64,000 bases of DNA, from the NCBI GenBank assembly GCA_964441265.1, contig CAYYKJ010000007.1, positions 1 through 64,000 of the forward strand, read 5' to 3'. Shown here one piece after another: positions 58,630-64,000 of the stretch; within the stretch, counting starts at the first letter, position 1, and every line of letters starts with the position of its first letter. The position numbers and the translations under genes are program-made. Below the pieces are notes generated by a model that saw nothing but the letters and a program-made list of their open reading frames with translations, was not told where the DNA came from and did not search any database. This stretch comes from an uncultured archaeon (lineage in GTDB: Archaea; Aenigmatarchaeota; Aenigmatarchaeia; QMZP01; QMZT01).

Positions 58630-58839
58630 TCATTTTCTCTTCTCTTTCTCCCTTCTGATAGTAAGAATGCGGGCTATGGTCTTCCGTATCTCGTTCAGTT
58701 TGCCGGGCGAGGTGACCGATGCCCCTATATGGATGTTCGCCCTTTCCTTGCTCAGTTCGAGCCTGAGTTCTTTCAACTGCTCATCCAGCTTCTTGTCGTT
58801 CATCTTTCTGATTTCCTTGGTTCTCAGGATAGCCATCAT
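58630..58839 (-). CDS. rpl29: ribosomal protein L29 (uL29)
   Basis: ILRTKEIRKMNDKKLDEQLKELRLEL. Confidence 0.8.
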   Translation of the reverse strand: MMAILRTKEIRKMNDKKLDEQLKELRLELSKERANIHIGASVTSPGKLNEIRKTIARILTIRREKEKRK

Positions 58840-59486
58840 TTATCACCCTTTCCGGTTTCCTTGTTTTTCTTTTTATTCTTTTTAACGCCTTTTTTTTCCT
58901 CTTCGGGTATGTCCTCGGCAAGAACGGGCGCATGGGTCATTATTTTCACCTTCACCCCTATCTTGCCGGGCCTGGTGTTGGCCTCCTTGAATCCGTAGTC
59001 AACCATCTCCCGGGCGGGCTCACCGCAGTGTTTGAGGTATCCGTCGGTGAATTTTCCCATCCTGCCTTTGGATCCGCCCAGTTTACCTGATATGATTATT
59101 TCAGCCCCTATGGCCCCGGCCTTCATGGTTCTTTTGATGCTTATGTTCCCTATCTTCTTGTAGTTGTATCCGCTTTCGAGGGCAGTCGCGATTTTCCTGG
59201 CGACTATGCTGGCGTCGAGGTCCGCGGAGGGTATGCTCCTCACGTCTATCTGGGGGTTCTCGAGTTTGAAATGATTCTTTAGGTCCTCGGTCATGCCGTT
59301 GATTTTCTTCCCCCCGGCGCCGATTATCCTCCCCGGCCTGTCGGTGTATATGATTATCTTGACCCCGAGGGGGGTCCTCTCCATCTCGATTTTCGAATAG
59401 TTTTCGTCCGGGAAGTTATCTCGTATGAAATTCTCTATCTGCATCTTTCTCGTGCTGTAATCGACGAAGAAATTTTTCAGTAACAT
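58836..59486 (-). CDS. rps3: ribosomal protein S3 (uS3)
   Basis: KH domain IGAGGKKINGMTEDL; K-rich C-terminus. Confidence 0.9.
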   Translation of the reverse strand: MLLKNFFVDYSTRKMQIENFIRDNFPDENYSKIEMERTPLGVKIIIYTDRPGRIIGAGGKKINGMTEDLKNHFKLENPQIDVRSIPSADLDASIVARKIATALESGYNYKKIGNISIKRTMKAGAIGAEIIISGKLGGSKGRMGKFTDGYLKHCGEPAREMVDYGFKEANTRPGKIGVKVKIMTHAPVLAEDIPEEEKKGVKKNKKKNKETGKGDK

Positions 59487-59488
59487 GA

Positions 59489-59878
59489 TCAGTTCTGGGA
59501 GAGGACTATCTGTATGTTGGTCATCTTCCTCTTCGTCCCCCTTAGTTTTAAACGCCTGGGTCTCATGAACCCGAAGCCCTGATGGGCCGAGGCGTGTATT
59601 ATCATCCTTCCGGTGTCCAGCCCCTTGAATTCGGCATTCGCCTCTGCCGAATTGAGTATAGAGAGTATCTCCTTCGCGGAGTTGGTGTAATATTTGCCTT
59701 TTATATCTCTCTTCTTCTGGAGGAGGTCCTCCAGCATCCTCCTTCCCTTCTGGAGGTTCTTCCTGTTTATCTCCCTGCAGAGGATCACTGAGTCCTTGGT
59801 GGATATTCTGAGGGCTCTCCCGTACGCCTTTGCGGATTTCTTGGGGCTCATTTTCGTAGCGTAACTGTCAGCCATCAT
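59489..59878 (-). CDS. rpl22: ribosomal protein L22 (uL22)
   Basis: AKAYGRALRISTKDSVILCREI…. Confidence 0.85.
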   Translation of the reverse strand: MMADSYATKMSPKKSAKAYGRALRISTKDSVILCREINRKNLQKGRRMLEDLLQKKRDIKGKYYTNSAKEILSILNSAEANAEFKGLDTGRMIIHASAHQGFGFMRPRRLKLRGTKRKMTNIQIVLSQN

Positions 59879-59886
59879 ATATCACC

Positions 59887-60267
59887 TTACTTCAGGGGCA
59901 CGAACTTGCTCGAGCGCGTGGCACCGAATCCTGGGGCGGAGTGCTGCACCTTCTTCCTGGTCTGGGAAAATTCTCCCAGCCGGTGCCCGAGCATTTCGGG
60001 TGTGACCTCAACGGTTACATACTCCTTTCCGTTGTGCACCCCGATCTTCTCGCCTGTCATCTCAGGAAGTATTATCATTTCCCGGCAGGTGGTCCTGTGA
60101 AATTTTCCGGGCTTTTTCTTTATTTTCTCCAGAAGTTTCTTCTGGTTCTCTGTCATTCCCCTCTTCAGGGACCTCCTCATCCTTGAGGGGAGCATCTCGC
60201 TGAATTCAGCCGTGCTCATCTTCCTTATCTCCTCCATGTCCCTTCCGCGGTAGCTTTCCTTTGGCAT
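59887..60267 (-). CDS. rps19: ribosomal protein S19 (uS19)
   Basis: MPKESYRGRDMEEI…GVHNGKEYVTVEVTPEMLGHRLGEF. The ORF track extends the N-terminus spuriously to 60582. Confidence 0.85.
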   Translation of the reverse strand: MPKESYRGRDMEEIRKMSTAEFSEMLPSRMRRSLKRGMTENQKKLLEKIKKKPGKFHRTTCREMIILPEMTGEKIGVHNGKEYVTVEVTPEMLGHRLGEFSQTRKKVQHSAPGFGATRSSKFVPLK

Positions 60268-60272
60268 AACCA

Positions 60273-60941
60273 TCACTTTCCTGCCCTCTTCCCTGTTCTC
60301 CTGGCTCCCCATGAACCCACCTTTGCGCCCGGAGGCGCATGCCTGCTGGTGGTAGTCGGCTTTCCGGGCCCGGTCGGCCCTCCGAACGGGTGGTCTATGG
60401 CGTTCATGGCGACGCCGGACGTCCTCGGATAAAGCTTGCCCTTCCTGTGCATTATGATCCATTTCTTGCCTGCTTTGACCAGGGGCTTTTCGATGTGGCC
60501 TCCGCCTGCAGGCACCCCCGTGCTTGCCCTGCAATCGGTGTGGAAGGTCTTCTTTTTTTTCGATGACAGCTGGACAACGCATTTCTTCCCGCTCTTCGAA
60601 ACTATGGTCCCGAAAGATCCCGCGGTCCTGCAGAATTTCGGTCCCGAATTGGGGGATGATTCTATGGCAAAGATCGAAGCCCCTATTGGAGCATCTCCAA
60701 GGGTCGAGATGAATCCGGTGTCATCGCCGGTCTTGATTCCCAGGGGGGCCAGCAGATAGTTGCTGCTGCCGTCCTGATATTTCACCCTGGCGAGGGGGGT
60801 CCTTCTCGAGGGGTCGTTCACTATATCGACCACCTTTCCCTTTTCTTTCCTGTAGGACAGTCTGGTGTCTAACCTTCTCTTGCGGGCCCTGTATGTGGGG
60901 GTCCCTCTTCCTCTCCTCTGGGGTATCAGTCTCCTGCCCAT
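60273..60941 (-). CDS. rpl2: ribosomal protein L2 (uL2)
   Basis: GRRLIPQRRGRG…HRKGKLYPRTSGVAMNAIDHPFGG. Confidence 0.85.
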   Translation of the reverse strand: MGRRLIPQRRGRGTPTYRARKRRLDTRLSYRKEKGKVVDIVNDPSRRTPLARVKYQDGSSNYLLAPLGIKTGDDTGFISTLGDAPIGASIFAIESSPNSGPKFCRTAGSFGTIVSKSGKKCVVQLSSKKKKTFHTDCRASTGVPAGGGHIEKPLVKAGKKWIIMHRKGKLYPRTSGVAMNAIDHPFGGPTGPGKPTTTSRHAPPGAKVGSWGARRTGKRAGK

Positions 60942-60959
60942 TTTTTTACCTTGTATGTA

Positions 60960-61286
60960 TTATATCATACCGAGTTTCGAGGCCACGTCCGATGCTGAAA
61001 ACTCTGGGTTTATTTTAACGTAGGCCTTTTTATATCCCTTCCTGTTTACTTCGCTTTTCACCCATTCAACCTTTACCTCGAACTCCTTTTCTATGGCCTC
61101 CTTTACCTGTCTTTTGGTGGCCTTGCGGTCGACTATGAAAACGAGCTTGTTCTCCATCTCCACCATGTTCATTGATTTCTCCGTGAGGTGGGGGTAAACC
61201 AGTATGTCCCAGGGACGGAGCTCCTTCTTTTTGGTGTCTCCTTTCCCTTTCGTCTCCTTTTTCTCACTTTGCTTCTTTTTTGGCAT
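60960..61286 (-). CDS. rpl23: ribosomal protein L23 (uL23)
   Basis: ILVYPHLTEKSMNMVEMENKLVFIVDRKATKRQVKEAIEKEFEVKV. Confidence 0.85.
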   Translation of the reverse strand: MPKKKQSEKKETKGKGDTKKKELRPWDILVYPHLTEKSMNMVEMENKLVFIVDRKATKRQVKEAIEKEFEVKVEWVKSEVNRKGYKKAYVKINPEFSASDVASKLGMI

Positions 61287-62079
61287 TTCCCTTCACCTTC
61301 CTGCCCAGTTCCTTCACGGCCGACTCAGACCAGATGGTCATCCTCCCGGGATGTGTCCCGGGCGCGACCAACTCTGCGGTGAGCCCGCTGACATTAGAAA
61401 CGTCCAGTCCCGGTATGCCCTTGGCGGCTTTCATTATTCCCTTGTCGTCGCTGATTATGATCAGGGGCCCTTTTTTTTTCTTGAATTTCCTCCCCCTTGT
61501 CTTCCCCCTTCCGGACCTTATCTTTTTCTCCGAGCACCTCTCGAGTTCCTCTCCCAGTCCGATCGAGAGCAGGAGGTTCCTCACGTCCCCGGTCTTTTTG
61601 ATAGCCTCGAACCCGTCCTCGAACACCACGGGCAAATTCATGTCCTTTATTCTGTGCCTTTTGGAAACCATTTTCCCGTCAGCGGAGGCGGCCAGTGCGG
61701 AATAAATCGCCTTCTTCAGTTCCTTCCTGTTTATTTTTTTCTCCCATTTCTTCTCGGTTTTTGGGGGATGCGCCTTCCTTCCCTTGACCACCTCGGATCC
61801 GACCCTTGCAGTCATGTTCAGAAATCCCTGGTTGTGTATCCTTTTCATCCGGGCCATCTCCCTGTTCATCATGCTGTGCCTGATCTGCCTCCTTCCGTGA
61901 TAGTGCGCAGAGCTCCTCTGTCCGGCCAGAGGATCGGCTCCGTATTTCTGCCTCTTTATGCTCTGCTCCGAAAGCACGGCCCTCTTTATGAGGTCCGGCC
62001 TGACCCTTCCGGAGAAGGGTTCCGGGAGCTCAATTTTTCTCTTCTCTTTTCCCTTCAAATCGTGCACGGTTACCTTCAT
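61264..62079 (-). CDS. rpl4: ribosomal protein L4 (uL4)
   Basis: The ~270-aa L4 pattern …GRRQIRHSMMNREMAR…KKKGPLIIISDDKG…. Confidence 0.85.
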   Translation of the reverse strand: MKVTVHDLKGKEKRKIELPEPFSGRVRPDLIKRAVLSEQSIKRQKYGADPLAGQRSSAHYHGRRQIRHSMMNREMARMKRIHNQGFLNMTARVGSEVVKGRKAHPPKTEKKWEKKINRKELKKAIYSALAASADGKMVSKRHRIKDMNLPVVFEDGFEAIKKTGDVRNLLLSIGLGEELERCSEKKIRSGRGKTRGRKFKKKKGPLIIISDDKGIMKAAKGIPGLDVSNVSGLTAELVAPGTHPGRMTIWSESAVKELGRKVKGNAKKEAK

Positions 62080-62197
62080 TTTCCCACCGGTTACTCTGGT
62101 TAAACGAATTATACTATTAATCTTTTTAATATTTAAGCGTTTTTATAAGAAAGAAATCGCTGCATGGTTTATTAATCCCTTTTCACTAAATCTAAAC

Positions 62198-62437
62198 ATG
62201 ACCAAGCAGGGGGACGAGGAATCCCACAAGACAAAACAGCCGTGGAGATCCAAGATAATGCTGATGGCCGCCCTGGCGGTCGTCTTCGTAATTCTGGTTT
62301 ACTCCATCGTGCACCTCTTCAGGACGGGTGAGAACCCCCTGCTGATGATAGCGCTGATAGTTGTCCTGCTCATAATGATACCGGTTTCCATATTCTCGGT
62401 AGACACGGCTTTCTATCATTATTCATGGAACGGGTAG
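62198..62437 (+). CDS. small 2-TM membrane protein (tandem paralog 1)
   Basis: MTKQGDEESHKTKQPWRSKIMLMAALAVVFVIL…LIVVLLIMIPVSIFSVDTAFY. Confidence 0.4.
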   Translation: MTKQGDEESHKTKQPWRSKIMLMAALAVVFVILVYSIVHLFRTGENPLLMIALIVVLLIMIPVSIFSVDTAFYHYSWNG

Positions 62438-62445
62438 GTGGATAA

Positions 62446-62670
62446 ATGTTTATCTCAAAGATATGGCCCGTCGGAAAGGAGAGATTCGGATGGAAGACCA
62501 GGTTTCTGGTGACCATCGCCATACTTGTCATATTCATCCTTCTCTTTTCCATACTCTTCCTCATCACCCGGGAGGAGATAGGCATACTTCTGGTTGGTCT
62601 GGTGGTGCTTCTCATAATGGTGCTGGTTCCCTTCGCCGCCTTCTCCATGGATGTGGCATACGGACCCTAA
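62446..62670 (+). CDS. small 2-TM membrane protein (tandem paralog 2)
   Basis: WKTRFLVTIAILVIFILL…LVVLLIMVLVPFAAFSMDVAY; similar to paralog 1. Confidence 0.4.
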   Translation: MFISKIWPVGKERFGWKTRFLVTIAILVIFILLFSILFLITREEIGILLVGLVVLLIMVLVPFAAFSMDVAYGP

Positions 62671-62683
62671 AGAGCAGATTTTT

Positions 62684-63418
62684 CTACCCGGTCTCGAAAT
62701 TCCTGAGGTATTCCTCCTCAGAGAAGTGAAGGTCCCCGGGGACTATGATTACAGCGGGGGAGGGCAGCGATTCAGAAACGCTCTCCGCCTTCCCGTATAT
62801 TATTTTTTCGTCTTCTGAGCCCAGCCTGGAACAGAACACGATTTTCTTTTCGCTCGATATCCTTTTCCATCTCCCCTTCCCGGCCTTGAGGAGGATTTCA
62901 GTCGCCTTCGAGGTGTCCAGGTCCCTGTCCAGCAGGAGCAGTGAGTGAAGCCCGGCCTCCAGATTCTTTTCGATCGCCCCGTAAAAAGAATCCGGGCTGT
63001 AATTCTCCTCGGGTGAGGGGATGGTCACCACCCTCCCGAACTTGTAGAGCTGGAGTCCGGTCCTCCCGACCGCTGTCAGGACGGATGATGAGTGCACGAT
63101 GCGGAAGGGTATTCCCTTCTCGCCGGCCTCAGCAAGAAGGTGAAGATGGGTAGTGGCCACCAGGGGATCCCCGGGAACCAGCAGGACCACGTCCTTATTT
63201 CCTGCTTTTTTAATCAGTTTTTCCGATTCCTCCTCCACACCCTTCCTTTCGAGGGGTATAATATCCTTACCAATCATCTTCCCCAATGATTCAAGCGATC
63301 CTCCCCAGGCGGCGGTGTACAGTTCGGCATAGACCTCATCCGCTTTCCCGCAGATATTCATACCCCTGACCGAGATGTCCTTCTCGTCCCAGATGCCCAA
63401 ACCTACCAGGTGAATCAT
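62684..63418 (-). CDS. dph5: diphthine synthase
   Basis: MIHLVGLGIWDEKDISVRG…LLVPGDPLVATTHLHL…IVHSSSVLTAVGRTGLQLYKFG. The ORF track N-terminus to 63985 is spurious. Confidence 0.8.
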   Translation of the reverse strand: MIHLVGLGIWDEKDISVRGMNICGKADEVYAELYTAAWGGSLESLGKMIGKDIIPLERKGVEEESEKLIKKAGNKDVVLLVPGDPLVATTHLHLLAEAGEKGIPFRIVHSSSVLTAVGRTGLQLYKFGRVVTIPSPEENYSPDSFYGAIEKNLEAGLHSLLLLDRDLDTSKATEILLKAGKGRWKRISSEKKIVFCSRLGSEDEKIIYGKAESVSESLPSPAVIIVPGDLHFSEEEYLRNFETG

Positions 63419-63472
63419 GAATAGAATTGACCGGTTTGTTTTAAATTTAAGTTTTCTTTCCAAGACCTGATC

Positions 63473-64000
63473 ATGGACGACATGTTCATGGCCACCGCCG
63501 GGGAAGGAATGGGATTCGAGCTGGGAGACTTCGCCAAAAAGACCAGCGGGAAGAAATCCTTCCTGACCTGGCACATAGAGGAGGGCGGGGGCTCCATAAA
63601 CTCCAGCCCGAGGCTGAGGGGGGATTACATCTACGTCGCCGCAATGGATGGCTGTCTTTACAAGCTCGACAAGGAAACGGGAAAGTTGGTCTGGAAGTTC
63701 AAGGCGGGAGGCCTCTTCTGTGACGCTTATCCTGTATTCATGGACGGTTTCATATACATCGGAAATTACGATCACAATTTTTACGCCATAGAAGAGGAGA
63801 CGGGGAAGGAGCTCTGGCGCTTCCAGACCGGGGACAGGATATACGGCTCCTCCGCCCTCGTAACGGGCGATATGGTGATATTCACCTCCAAGGACTACTA
63901 TGTCTATTCCCTGAACCGCAGAACAGGCGAGATAATCTGGACCTTCCGAACCGGCGGATGGGCCGCCTCCACCCCCACAGAACACGATGGCAGGATACTG
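63473..64000 (+). CDS. PQQ-like beta-propeller repeat protein (paralog; 3'-truncated by window end)
   Basis: GFELGDF N-terminal motif and repeated YKLDKETGKLVWKFKAGG / YAIEEETGKELWRFQTGD blades. Confidence 0.7.
   Translation, partial: MDDMFMATAGEGMGFELGDFAKKTSGKKSFLTWHIEEGGGSINSSPRLRGDYIYVAAMDGCLYKLDKETGKLVWKFKAGGLFCDAYPVFMDGFIYIGNYDHNFYAIEEETGKELWRFQTGDRIYGSSALVTGDMVIFTSKDYYVYSLNRRTGEIIWTFRTGGWAASTPTEHDGRIL

Noticed and set aside
59887-60582. 231-aa version of the S19 ORF and 62684-63985 433-aa version of dph5
   Set aside because: The N-terminal extensions are non-protein-like and overlap L2 or the upstream region; internal Met starts give canonical-length proteins.
61204-62103. 299-aa plus-strand ORF antisense to L4/L23
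   Set aside because: Pro/Leu/Phe-rich antisense artefact.

Overview
This window is a 64-kb segment of an archaeal chromosome, and everything below is read by eye from the sequence, with no database searches run. The evidence for an archaeal origin is as follows:
- aEF-2, an archaeal-type ProRS and archaeal-only ribosomal proteins (S4e, S8e, S19e, L18e, L30e, L31e, L37e, L39e) are present.
- Sm, Rpp29, aSUI1, aIF6 and diphthine synthase are present.
- 16S and 23S rRNA genes are interrupted by LAGLIDADG-encoding introns.
- The tRNAs carry several non-canonical introns.

Layout of the window:
- Positions 151-6393 carry housekeeping genes: a CaCA antiporter, rpiA, proS and an EamA-type transporter.
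- Positions 6558-15470 hold a 16S-tRNA(Ala)-23S operon. It carries at least six introns, with four intact homing-endonuclease ORFs and one decayed one.
- Positions 15500-34965 are a mixed region. It holds two GC-rich candidate structured RNAs, Sec61beta, an MBL hydrolase, a Nudix hydrolase, tRNA-Lys and L37e/Sm/S8e/S10/S9/L13/L18e. It also holds MTAP, DUF373, an SPFH protein and the conserved S19e-PDCD5-L39e-L31e-aIF6 block. Further genes are CutA, an MNT/HEPN toxin-antitoxin pair, a Upf1-like helicase and TruD.
- Positions 34962-47292 form a cell-surface glycosylation island. It carries a DPM-synthase-like GT2 with a GtrA domain, three GT-C-like membrane transferases and a secreted protein of unknown function. 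It also carries a processive QxxRW GT2 that is translationally coupled to a single-TM partner. A large putative S-layer glycoprotein and a prepilin peptidase follow.
- Positions 47300-48450 are an AT-rich block with an atypical kinase-like gene, followed by a multi-intron tRNA-like gene.
- Positions 48668-62079 hold a long minus-strand translation cluster: EF-2, S7, S12, NusA, L30e, S8, S14, L5, S4e, L24, L14, S17, Rpp29, SUI1, L29, S3, L22, S19, L2, L23, L4. Its gene order is rearranged, and a HAD hydrolase plus a tandem ThyX-like gene are inserted.
- The window ends with two duplicated small membrane-protein genes, dph5 and the start of another beta-propeller gene.

The most striking feature is a paralogous family of PQQ-type beta-propeller proteins. 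It is present in four copies (one truncated, one partial) with a shared acidic N-terminal motif and a C-terminal TK(S/T)EY-repeat tail.
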